From the NCBI GenBank assembly GCA_028707635.1, contig JAQWAQ010000003.1:804-64803 (forward strand): a DNA stretch of 64,000 nt, in the 5' to 3' direction. The translations under genes were made by a program, and so were the position numbers. Each line of letters starts with the position of its first letter. Position 1 is the stretch's first letter. This DNA comes from Negativicutes bacterium. GTDB lineage: Bacteria > Bacillota > Negativicutes > JAAYSF01. Of the stretch, positions 50,009-58,810 are shown one piece after another. The notes below the pieces were generated by a model. It saw nothing but the letters and a program-made list of their open reading frames with translations, ran no database searches and was not told the DNA's origin.

Positions 50009-50971
50009 TTAGAATTTATAAGTCACTGTTGTACGGAAAGAATTGTAATTGTCGGTGCCATGGACTTCTTCCATGTCTTTATAGAATACATTAAAGGTAG
50101 TATCCTGGGTCAGTTTGTGGTTGTAGCTGTAATACATCCCTTTACCTGATGGATCAAAGTCTGTCCAGCCTCCCATATCACCATTGGCTTCCACTTTGCT
50201 GTACATGGCTGAGAATGAATTTTTAGCATCGAACGCATAGCTTGCACCCAAAACATATGCTTGATTGTTATCATCAGCATTCGATTTCGTATACTCAGCG
50301 AAGTAGCCTACTTTGCCTTGATTAAAGGCAGCATCTAAGGCCCAGTGATTAGTTGTGTCGCCGCCGTCTACATCATAGCGGGCAAGAGTTCCACCGACAG
50401 TCCAGTTTTTAGCAGGATTATAGGAACCATGTACACTATACACTTTATTATCAGGGCCGCCTACATTGTAATTATTATAGCCGTTTTCCACACCAGCGAT
50501 AAAGTTTAAATTAGTTGCACCAAGTTTAGTAGAAGCACTTACACCATCAATGGAACCCATGTTGCTGCCGATATAACCTTCAGTGCTGTACAGCAGTGCT
50601 GTCGCACCAATAGTTGCGCCTTGACGACCAAGGTTGTATGTCACATTATCGCCTTTTAAAATAACACCAAAGCGGTCAATGGTCGAGATGGAATCACGAG
50701 TTGCAGAAGCTCTAAAATCAGCACTGCTTAAGCCGGCATGCAATCTTTGTGTTGCAAAGCGGGCATAAAGATCAGTATTCGCATCCAGAGCCAGTTTGGC
50801 ATTTAGCAAGAAGGTGCTTCTAGCGCTTTCCGATGTACCGTTAGCATCCGAATCATTCCAACGGTAGTGCACTTGTGCTGAACCGTCGAATTCAACAGGA
50901 GCGGCCATTACTACACCCATCGACATAGCCATTGCTGCAGCCACAGCTGCTGCGAGAAGTCTTTTTTTCAT
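50009..50971 (-). CDS. outer-membrane porin, OmpM-barrel-like, lacking an SLH domain
   Basis: Signal peptide followed directly by amphipathic strands (FDGSAQVHYRW); C-terminal TVTYKF. Confidence 0.75.
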   Translation of the reverse strand: MKKRLLAAAVAAAMAMSMGVVMAAPVEFDGSAQVHYRWNDSDANGTSESARSTFLLNAKLALDANTDLYARFATQRLHAGLSSADFRASATRDSISTIDRFGVILKGDNVTYNLGRQGATIGATALLYSTEGYIGSNMGSIDGVSASTKLGATNLNFIAGVENGYNNYNVGGPDNKVYSVHGSYNPAKNWTVGGTLARYDVDGGDTTNHWALDAAFNQGKVGYFAEYTKSNADDNNQAYVLGASYAFDAKNSFSAMYSKVEANGDMGGWTDFDPSGKGMYYSYNHKLTQDTTFNVFYKDMEEVHGTDNYNSFRTTVTYKF

Positions 50972-51106
50972 TAAGTTTTCCCCCTAAATATTTTTTATTG
51001 CACGCCATCCTACGGGGGCAAACTACTTTACAAAGAGTAAGTGTCCACGTTTCCTTAGTCTTTTGTGAGTAGTCAATCGCCCGCAGATTACAATACAACG
51101 AATAAC

Positions 51107-51135
51107 ATATTCGACGATATCATGCTAATTCCTTC
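51107..51135 (-). promoter_or_regulatory. sigma-H-type promoter
   Basis: GAAGGA-N17-GAATAT (GTCGAAT). Confidence 0.6.
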
Positions 51136-51175
51136 TGTGTGATTAACATTTTTTAAATAATATTGTTATGCAAAA

Positions 51176-51209
51176 AAAGAAGCTCACATCACATGATGTG
51201 AGCTTCTTT
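51176..51209 (-). terminator. intrinsic terminator after ompM
   Basis: AAAGAAGCTCACATC / GATGTGAGCTTCTTT plus T-run. Confidence 0.85.
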
Positions 51210-51220
51210 GCTCGTTCTTT

Positions 51221-52510
51221 TTAGAAGTAGAAGTTAACTTGTACGCGTGTACGTTCGTTATCTGTATCTACCTTGCTGTCAGTGTATTCGCTATTGAAAG
51301 TTTGGAAACCTTCCATAACGATGTTTTTAGCAAGAGTATAACTTACACCCAAGCCAAAGCCTTCAACACCTTCGTTGAGGTTAGCAGCAGTTCTATCAGT
51401 TTGTGCTAGTATCATGTTTGAACCAGTCAATGCAACAGGAGTTGCGTAACTTTCCCAGTTGAAGTACTCAACAAATGTGCCCCAGCTTTGCGGTACTGAT
51501 TTGTTAGCACCTTTATAGCTGATTCTAGCAACATAAGCCTCAGGATCACCAGCAACATCACCATTTTGGAAATAGTCACCAGTTAACGCCCAATCTTTAG
51601 CAAACTTTGTGGTAAAGCCAGCACCGATTATGGAATAATCCACGTTGCGGATGCCTTTAGTTTCAAAGTAAGTTGCATTAATGTTTGTAGCTTTGCTAGT
51701 GTTATATTTTGCTTCAGCATAAACTGCATCTTTTACACCTTGAGTTGCAGCTTCAGTAGCAGTTGCAGCTTTGTCAGGGTTATAAGCAGCAAAATCAGCA
51801 TAACCAGCAGTTACTTTTAATGCATTACCAGCAGTAAATTTAACACCGTCAACCATACCAGTACCAGTAGTATCTACAAGGTAGCCAGTTTGGCCAAGGA
51901 ATTCAGCATAACGACCAATAGTAGAAGTTGCACCAGTGTTGAATACATTTTTAGTAGTTAAAGATGCAATAGCAACTTTTGCATCGTCACTGCCAGTTGT
52001 ACCTTGTTCATTGTGATTCATAGCGAAACGGCCATTGAATGTAGTGTTTTCATTCACAGCAGCAGTCATGTTGATACGGAAACGTTCGTAGAATTTGCTG
52101 TCATCAGCAGCTTCGTCATCATTCCAACGAAGACGAACGTCGCCAGTGAATTTAATATTGGATTGGTTAGCTTCCAATTTAGCTACGCGAACGCCAAGGT
52201 TTTGAAGTTCGGAGCTGAATTCAACAGCTAATTTGTCGACAAGAGCTTTTGTTTCAGCATCAGCTTTGTCGGATTTAACCATTGCTTTTGCAACGATTTG
52301 AGCCATTTCGTAACGAGTCATGTTTTTGTCGCCACGATATGTGCCGTCATTATAGCCGTCAACAATGCCAGCGTTAGCTAATTTAGCTACGGCATCATAG
52401 GCCCAGTGTTTTGCAGGAACATCAACGAATGGATTAGCAGCGGCAAATGCTGTACCGGCGATGCCAAGTACGAACACAAGCGCTAAAGTAATGATTAGAC
52501 TCTTTTTCAT
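51221..52510 (-). CDS. ompM: SLH-domain outer-membrane porin OmpM
   Basis: NPFVDVPAKHWAYDAV..L...GIVDGY, MTRYEMAQIVAKAM, coiled-coil stalk, barrel, C-terminal F. Confidence 0.9.
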   Translation of the reverse strand: MKKSLIITLALVFVLGIAGTAFAAANPFVDVPAKHWAYDAVAKLANAGIVDGYNDGTYRGDKNMTRYEMAQIVAKAMVKSDKADAETKALVDKLAVEFSSELQNLGVRVAKLEANQSNIKFTGDVRLRWNDDEAADDSKFYERFRINMTAAVNENTTFNGRFAMNHNEQGTTGSDDAKVAIASLTTKNVFNTGATSTIGRYAEFLGQTGYLVDTTGTGMVDGVKFTAGNALKVTAGYADFAAYNPDKAATATEAATQGVKDAVYAEAKYNTSKATNINATYFETKGIRNVDYSIIGAGFTTKFAKDWALTGDYFQNGDVAGDPEAYVARISYKGANKSVPQSWGTFVEYFNWESYATPVALTGSNMILAQTDRTAANLNEGVEGFGLGVSYTLAKNIVMEGFQTFNSEYTDSKVDTDNERTRVQVNFYF

Positions 52511-52760
52511 GTGTTTGCCTCCTTAGGTTTTCTTGTTTTTTAATTTGATGAGCCTGGCCTAAGAAGGGAACTGTTATTGAGTTTCCATGTTGCCTCAACT
52601 ATTCCCTTATCAGAGAGCTCATATCTATACACCTACTTCAAAAACTGCTCTCGGGGTACCTAAGGTACACCTCCTTCCTTCCCCTTTCAGTTCTCTTCAG
52701 TGAAAGATCAATTTAAGAGTGACTGGAATCTTATAGCCAATCATTTCCTCACGATGATAT

Positions 52761-52789
52761 ATATTCTAGATAAGGATATGTATTCCTGC
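52761..52789 (-). promoter_or_regulatory. sigma-H-type promoter of ompM
   Basis: GCAGGA-N17-GAATAT. Confidence 0.6.
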
Positions 52790-52805
52790 TTAATTTTAAA
52801 AATAA

Positions 52806-53210
52806 TTATGTGAAATACCGCTCGGCGAGAATTACGGCTACGTAATCGTCGACAGGTACCGGGGGCACTTGCATGGTGATCGGTATGAAGCGTTTTAAGC
52901 CGCGCGGAGGATTTTCCTGCCAATAGCGGACACGAGCGGCATCGGTTGAGCGATGCTCGTCCACTAGTTTTACGACTAATTGCTGATTGTTGATGCTGAT
53001 CTTCTCAAGGATTTTTTTGTTCTCCCGGCTGGTTGTACGGTTGCCAAGGATCACGGTGAGTGTACTGTATTCTTGCGCCAGCTTGGTGATAATTTCGGTA
53101 AGCCTCGCTGTTTCAACCACGCTTTTGTATAAGACTTCTTGGGTCTGCCGGACTACGGCTACCCCGCATTTTTCGCGGCCGGGGTCGACAGCGATTACCA
53201 TATCTTCCAC
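52806..53210 (-). CDS. YqgF/RuvX RNase H-fold nuclease-like protein
   Basis: IAVDPGREKCGVAV, LVDEHRST, VDDYVAVILAE. Confidence 0.82.
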   Translation of the reverse strand: MEDMVIAVDPGREKCGVAVVRQTQEVLYKSVVETARLTEIITKLAQEYSTLTVILGNRTTSRENKKILEKISINNQQLVVKLVDEHRSTDAARVRYWQENPPRGLKRFIPITMQVPPVPVDDYVAVILAERYFT

Positions 53211-53235
53211 GGTACAACCTCCGTTCCTGAATAGT

Positions 53236-53263
53236 ATATTCCATAGTAGGTATTATATTCCTC
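53236..53263 (-). promoter_or_regulatory. sigma-H-type promoter
   Basis: GAGGA-N17-GAATAT. Confidence 0.45.
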
Positions 53264-53271
53264 CTAAAAAG

Positions 53272-53303
53272 CAAAAAAAATAAGGCGCCCATGATGGGCG
53301 CCT
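53272..53303 (-). terminator. intrinsic terminator after the second ompM
   Basis: AGGCGCCCAT / ATGGGCGCCT stem plus T-run. Confidence 0.75.
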
Positions 53304-53317
53304 GGGATAGAATCTTA

Positions 53318-54472
53318 TTAGAATTTAATGTTAACGGCTGCACTGGTGCGGGCACCAAGCTCAGTTCCGTTTTGATCTTCAAAGTCTTGGTATTTAACAA
53401 CAAGCTTGGTGTTTTTGTCAAGACCTTTGTCGTATTGGAATTCCATACCTTTGAAGCCGTTTGCACTGTTAAGGGCTTCTACGTCGTTGCTAAGAGCACC
53501 GAAACCAGTGAATGCTGCGCTGTCTACATCTCTGTAGGTAGCTGACAAGCCGATTTTGTCGAATTTAACGCCATAAGCTTTTGCAGTAGCATTAGCATCG
53601 TTGTTGTCGAAGTATTCAGCTTTTGCAGTTACGTTGTCAGCAAGTTTGAAGGCAGTAGTCAAACCATAGATTTCTTGGTCGTTAGAGTCGTTTTTGTAGT
53701 AATCAGCACCGAAGTCTGCGCCAAGAGCGTTGAAGCCATATTCAGCAGCATAGACGCGGTTTTTGCCGTCTTCACTGTCGACAGTATTACCAGCAACAAG
53801 TTTCAGGTTACCAGCTTTAGTAGCAATTGCATTCATTTGAGTATCAAACAGGTAGCCGCCACCAAGCAGAACGTCTTGACGACCAATTGTGTTAGTCAGG
53901 CCAAGCGCATTGAAGGTTACATTAGCAGTATCAAGTTTGAATTTGCCACTTGTGCTGCCATCATATGCGATGTTGCCGCTGTTAATACGAGCATTGAATT
54001 TCAGGTTATCGCTTACGTTACCGTCGAAAGTTAAACGAGCACGGAAGTCAGTGTTGTCGTGAGCTTTACCAGCTTCATTTTCAGCGGAGAAATAACGAAC
54101 ACGAGCGTCACCGGAGATTTTAACCATGTTATCTACTTGGTCTTGAAGACCTGCAACTTTAACGCCGAGATTGTTCAGCTCTGTGCTGAATTCTTGTGCA
54201 AGTTGGTCAACAGCTGCTTGTTGTTCAGCGTTCAGGCTTTTGTTCATTGCTTTTGCTACAATTTGAGCCATTTCATAACGAGTCATAGTTTTGTCACCTT
54301 TATAGGTGCCATCATCATAACCGTCAACGATACCGGCTTGAGCAAGTTTGTTTACTGAATCATAAGCCCAGTGTTGTGCAGGAACATCGGAGAACGGATT
54401 AGCGAAGGCAGGTACCGCGAAGGCTACTGTTAATGCGGCTGCCACAGCTGCTTTTAAAAGTCTTTTTTTCAC
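53318..54472 (-). CDS. ompM: SLH-domain outer-membrane porin OmpM paralog
   Basis: NPFSDVPAQHWAYDSV, MTRYEMAQIVAKAM, barrel, C-terminal F; GTG start with RBS GGGGG. Confidence 0.9.
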   Translation of the reverse strand: MKKRLLKAAVAAALTVAFAVPAFANPFSDVPAQHWAYDSVNKLAQAGIVDGYDDGTYKGDKTMTRYEMAQIVAKAMNKSLNAEQQAAVDQLAQEFSTELNNLGVKVAGLQDQVDNMVKISGDARVRYFSAENEAGKAHDNTDFRARLTFDGNVSDNLKFNARINSGNIAYDGSTSGKFKLDTANVTFNALGLTNTIGRQDVLLGGGYLFDTQMNAIATKAGNLKLVAGNTVDSEDGKNRVYAAEYGFNALGADFGADYYKNDSNDQEIYGLTTAFKLADNVTAKAEYFDNNDANATAKAYGVKFDKIGLSATYRDVDSAAFTGFGALSNDVEALNSANGFKGMEFQYDKGLDKNTKLVVKYQDFEDQNGTELGARTSAAVNIKF

Positions 54473-54641
54473 TTTGAAATCCCCCTAAGTTTTTTTGTTC
54501 GCGGGTGTTGCCACCAGGCACTTCAGCTTGGTTCCATAGGGGGCATGATTGTTATGAGTATCCACGTTTCCTCAAACTTCATTGCCGCCAACGGAGTTTC
54601 TGCGTTATGCCACCTGCCGCTTTTACAGGTTCTAGTTTACA

Positions 54642-54670
54642 TAATTCGACGCCAGTGTTGTGTTTCCTGC
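54642..54670 (-). promoter_or_regulatory. sigma-H-type promoter
   Basis: GCAGGA-N17-GAATTA (GTCGAAT). Confidence 0.6.
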
Positions 54671-54978
54671 TAGAATAAGTGGTGTAAATATTGGTAATTG
54701 TTAGTTTTGACTAATCAGTCAAAACGCATCGAAAAAATAAGATCTGTCAATAAATAGTTTACATATTTAAATTTACAAATGACGGTTTTTTAGTTGGTTT
54801 TTATAATAAACTCTTAATGTATATAACTTGACTATATGGTCATTTGTATTTAAAAAAATATTTTATTAACATAATCTTATACTTTAAATTTCGACATTTT
54901 GAAGTAAAGTCCTTTTTTTGAATGGCTGTTTTGGGGTGGTAAATTATGGGAGGATTAAGTTTACATAAATATTATAAA

Positions 54979-55251
54979 GGTACTTTTTGCATTGCCCAAA
55001 AAGTACCCAAAAAGTCTACGGCCTATCTTGCAGAAGACTTGAAAAACCAGCGCGTTACTGGAAATCCGTAAACTCGCTGCGCTCAAACAACCGGATTTCT
55101 TAACCGTACCGTGCTGGTTTTTCATCTGCGGAACGTCTTCTTCCAGAATGGCCGGTAAGGACGAAGAAACCAGAAAAGCCGAGGTGGCCGGTGGGAACGG
55201 GGATACTATAAGCTAATGAACTCGTTTCAGCAGAGCTGAAACATCGGGGGG
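54979..55251. repeat. structured intergenic repeat, copy A (with accessory hairpin at 55220-55251)
   Basis: 37-nt core AAATCCGTAAACTCGCTGCGCTCAAACAACCGGATTT at 55062-55098 inside a long nested stem. Confidence 0.9.
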
Positions 55252-55374
55252 CAGGATGGAGGTACGCCACTTCTAGAGGTGGAATCTTGACGCAGCAATT
55301 AAGATAAAAACCGGCCTTGATTCCTCTTAAGCACAAAAAAAGCGGAAAGCATAATCCGGGTCATATCCGGACCA

Positions 55375-55430
55375 CTACTTTCCACTTTTTACTTTCTACT
55401 TTCCCATTACCACTTACCACTTTCCATATT
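55375..55430. repeat. heptamer tandem repeat (consensus CCACTTT, 8 degenerate units)
   Basis: ctacttt ccacttt ttacttt ctacttt cccatta ccactta ccacttt ccatatt, abutting the DUF3084 stop codon. Confidence 0.8.
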
Positions 55431-56684
55431 CTATTGTACCTTTTGTACGCTGATTTCGATGTGCAGAGGTCCGACAGTGTGGACGTCGGTTTTCGCGGTG
55501 GCGATGAGTTGGACTTTTCCGCCGTAGTGGCTGACCTTGTTAATTGTCTCATAAAGCTGTGCTCCGCTCATTGATCCTACTGTTCCTTGAATGGGATCAG
55601 GCAGGATGCCCTGCTTGGTTGCTACAGCGTTAACTTTCTGCAAGAAGGACAATACTACTTCCTCGGACTGGTGATTTTCCCGGCCAACATCCACAACTTC
55701 GGAATAAACGACCGAATCTTCGGAGTAAACCAAATGGTTGGGGAAAAGTTGGAGCTGACCGATGACTGGCTCACCATAAATGGTATTCCCTGTGGCCGTG
55801 ATGCGGACAATGACCGATTCGTCAGGGTTGGCATTCATAACATCGACCGCATGATCAATATCGGATTTAGCCAGCCATAAGACGTCCAAATTTTTATTTT
55901 CTATACCAAATCTTTCAATAATGGTTTGGTTAGCTTGATAGGCAATTGTACCAATAGCTTGTTTTGCCGAATCTGGCTTGCCGCTTGATTGCAAGGTAGT
56001 TGTATAAAGAACTTCACCGGCTCTGAATACGACTGCGCCTTCACGAACAAATTGCAGCCCATTTTTTAGATTGTCGGTCAATTTACTGAGTTCATCAACA
56101 TCTTTTTCCAATGAGATCTTGGATGAATTCAGCTGCGTGATACGGGTGTCAAGCTGAGTTTTAGTGGCCTGAAGTTCGGTAATTTCATGCTCGGCTTTAT
56201 CAAGGTCACCGCGAGCTAAGGCATAGTCAGACTGAACTTGAGATAAGGCAGCTGCTGCCTTATCTCGCTCAACCGTGACTGATGCCAGTTCGCGCGAGAT
56301 TGAGGTGAGCTTAGCTACTGTTTCCTGAACCTTAGCATTTAATCCTGCATACTCTTTGGTCTTGTCTTCAAGAGCCTTACGACTGATTTCCAGTTCAGCA
56401 TTCTGAGAAGATACTTCCTGCGAGAGAGAAACAAGCTGGGCTTTGAGGGCATCCATGCCGAACAGCGCAGTCCGCACATCACGCGATACCAGACTTAATA
56501 CGCCAAGCGTAGAAGCCGAAATCAGAATGCCTGTGATAATTGTCACAATAATCGACGTATATTTAGGACGCAGGCCAAAGATAGTGAGTTTTTTCTTACC
56601 AACTTTAGTACCCAACTTGTCGCCGATGTAGGCAATAGCCCCACCCATTATGGCGATGACGGCGATAAGCATTAATCCGTACAT
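55431..56684 (-). CDS. DUF3084-domain coiled-coil membrane protein
   Basis: GGAIAYIGDKLGTKVGKKKLTIFGLRPKYTS N-terminus, two TM segments, long coiled coil. Confidence 0.8.
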   Translation of the reverse strand: MYGLMLIAVIAIMGGAIAYIGDKLGTKVGKKKLTIFGLRPKYTSIIVTIITGILISASTLGVLSLVSRDVRTALFGMDALKAQLVSLSQEVSSQNAELEISRKALEDKTKEYAGLNAKVQETVAKLTSISRELASVTVERDKAAAALSQVQSDYALARGDLDKAEHEITELQATKTQLDTRITQLNSSKISLEKDVDELSKLTDNLKNGLQFVREGAVVFRAGEVLYTTTLQSSGKPDSAKQAIGTIAYQANQTIIERFGIENKNLDVLWLAKSDIDHAVDVMNANPDESVIVRITATGNTIYGEPVIGQLQLFPNHLVYSEDSVVYSEVVDVGRENHQSEEVVLSFLQKVNAVATKQGILPDPIQGTVGSMSGAQLYETINKVSHYGGKVQLIATAKTDVHTVGPLHIEISVQKVQ

Positions 56685-56729
56685 GGTTGTCTCCCCCCTC
56701 TCGTGTATTTCGGAAGTGTAATAACTATC

Positions 56730-57818
56730 CTATTGTGAAGCTTTTCTTACTAGGAAGAAGCCGGCGATGATTCCCAGGATGTTCGGCAGCCAGGCCGCCA
56801 GCAGGGGGGCGATGGCTCCGCCTTGACCGAGGGCCCCGGTGATGGTCATGATGGTATAGTAGATGAAGATAACGATTATACTAATTCCAAGACCAATAGA
56901 GGAACTTGAGCGATGCGGCTGCAGGCCGAGCGGTGTACCGATCAGCGCAAAGACAAAGCTTGCCAAGGGAACTGTAAAGCGCTGGTAGAGTTCGACTTCC
57001 AATTTATTGGTACTGACATACTCTTTTTGCAATATGTTAATCTGCTGCCGCAACTCCCTGATGCTCATTTCCTCGGCTTTCTTCTGCTCATTGGAAATGG
57101 TTTTTGGACTTTTGTTAATTGGCATGACCTGCTGGTCAAACCGCATTGTTCGTTCAAGCTTACCTTCAACAGACAGGTCGTGAATAATGCCGTTATACAT
57201 AATCCAACGGTCAGTTTTCCAAACCGCCTTTTCGGCATTTTCTACTCTCATTAGCTTTCCGCTTTCAAACTCCTGCATGGTCACCGCGTACATGGCGCCT
57301 GTCTTTTCATCATACTTACGCGCATAGGTCAGGCGCTCCAAATAATTTCCGCTGACATCTTTTATGACAATATGCTCCTGTGATTTAGGAGCCGTATTTT
57401 TTTCAATCTCATATTTAACAATATAATTATAGGCCGCATTAGACCGCGGTACAACATACTCATTAAAACCAACAGCAAAAATACTGACAAAGAAAGCGAC
57501 AACAAAGACCGGGGCTGCCAGTCTGTAAAAACTTAAACCGCCTGACTTCATTGCGGTGATTTCACTTGACCCTGACAAGCGGCCAAATGCCATAAGTGAA
57601 GCCAGCAGCATTGACATAGGAAAGGTCAGCACGACAATGCCGGGCAGACTATAGACAAACAGTTTAACTACTGTTAGCAAAGGTGTACCGTACTTTGTTA
57701 CGTACTGCGCAATCTTAAACAGTGTGCTTGTCCCGATAAAGATGCTGGAAAAGGCACAGATGCCGAATATAAATGGGCCGAGTAGTTCTTTGGTTATATA
57801 TTTGTCTAATATGCGCAT
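56730..57818 (-). CDS. LPS export ABC transporter permease LptF/LptG
   Basis: MRILDKYI, LSGSSEITAMKSGGLS, 3+3 TM segments around a periplasmic domain, AAWLPN. Confidence 0.9.
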   Translation of the reverse strand: MRILDKYITKELLGPFIFGICAFSSIFIGTSTLFKIAQYVTKYGTPLLTVVKLFVYSLPGIVVLTFPMSMLLASLMAFGRLSGSSEITAMKSGGLSFYRLAAPVFVVAFFVSIFAVGFNEYVVPRSNAAYNYIVKYEIEKNTAPKSQEHIVIKDVSGNYLERLTYARKYDEKTGAMYAVTMQEFESGKLMRVENAEKAVWKTDRWIMYNGIIHDLSVEGKLERTMRFDQQVMPINKSPKTISNEQKKAEEMSIRELRQQINILQKEYVSTNKLEVELYQRFTVPLASFVFALIGTPLGLQPHRSSSSIGLGISIIVIFIYYTIMTITGALGQGGAIAPLLAAWLPNILGIIAGFFLVRKASQ

Positions 57819-57854
57819 ATAGCTCTCCTCATAGTAAGGTTCAATCGAGGGGGG

Positions 57855-58574
57855 TTACAAACTAAAGTTTTGGCCAAGATAAAACTTGCGAGCGACTTCA
57901 CTGGCGGCAATAGTTTCACTGTCGCCTTCAATGAGGATTTCACCTTCATTTAGGATATAAGCCCGGTCGACAATACTGAGCGTCTCGCGGACATTGTGGT
58001 CGGTAATCAGGATGCCGATACCGCGTTTACGGAGGTAGTGAATGATTTCTTGAATGTCAGCGACAGCTATCGGATCAACACCGGCAAAAGGTTCGTCAAG
58101 CAAAATAAAATTAGGGTCTGTCGCTAAACAGCGGGCAATTTCCACCCGGCGGCGTTCACCGCCTGACAGCTCAGAGCCTTTGCGCTGCCTGACATGACCA
58201 ATATTAAACTCACTGATCAGGCTTTCGGCCTTTTCCTGGCGCTCGGCTGATGAAAGCTTCGTTGTTTCAAGAATGGCCAGAAGGTTATCCTCAACCGTCA
58301 GCTTGCGGAATACCGAGGCTTCCTGCGGCAGGTAGCCGATCCCATATCGCGAACGCTGGTACATGGGCATAGTAGTAACGTCTTCGCCATTCACAATGAT
58401 ATTGCCTTTGTTAGGTCGTTCAAGACCGACAATCATGTAAAAGGTTGTGGTCTTGCCAGCCCCGTTTGGACCAAGCAGACCAACAATTTGCCCTTTATTC
58501 ACTCGCAGGCTGACACCATTAACGACGTTACGATCTTTATATGTTTTCACCAGATGGTTAGTTTCAATATACAT
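57855..58574 (-). CDS. lptB: LPS export ABC transporter ATPase
   Basis: [48 protein letters not shown]; ATG 58574 with RBS AAGGAG. Confidence 0.95.
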   Translation of the reverse strand: MYIETNHLVKTYKDRNVVNGVSLRVNKGQIVGLLGPNGAGKTTTFYMIVGLERPNKGNIIVNGEDVTTMPMYQRSRYGIGYLPQEASVFRKLTVEDNLLAILETTKLSSAERQEKAESLISEFNIGHVRQRKGSELSGGERRRVEIARCLATDPNFILLDEPFAGVDPIAVADIQEIIHYLRKRGIGILITDHNVRETLSIVDRAYILNEGEILIEGDSETIAASEVARKFYLGQNFSL

Positions 58575-58620
58575 GAAGGGGACTCCTTTCGGGAAAGTGG
58601 ATACGACGGGAACACCTACC

Positions 58621-58794
58621 GTCCTTTTGTCCATTGCCGCAAAAGGACCAAAACGGCTAGGCCGGTCTTACAGAAGACTTGAAAAATCCGCCCGTACTGA
58701 AAATCCGTAAACTCGCTGCGCTCAAACAACCGGATTTTTTAACCGTATCTTGCTGATTTTTCATCCTGCGGAACGTCTTCTTTCAGAATGACCG
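58621..58794. repeat. structured intergenic repeat, copy B
   Basis: Same core at 58701-58737. Confidence 0.92.
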
Positions 58795-58810
58795 AGGGGA
58801 ACGAATATCC

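Noticed and set aside
55100-55574. Short ORFs 55100-55336, 55317-55574 and 55361-55552
   Set aside because: They lie within repeat, low-complexity or antisense DNA and have no RBS or family signal
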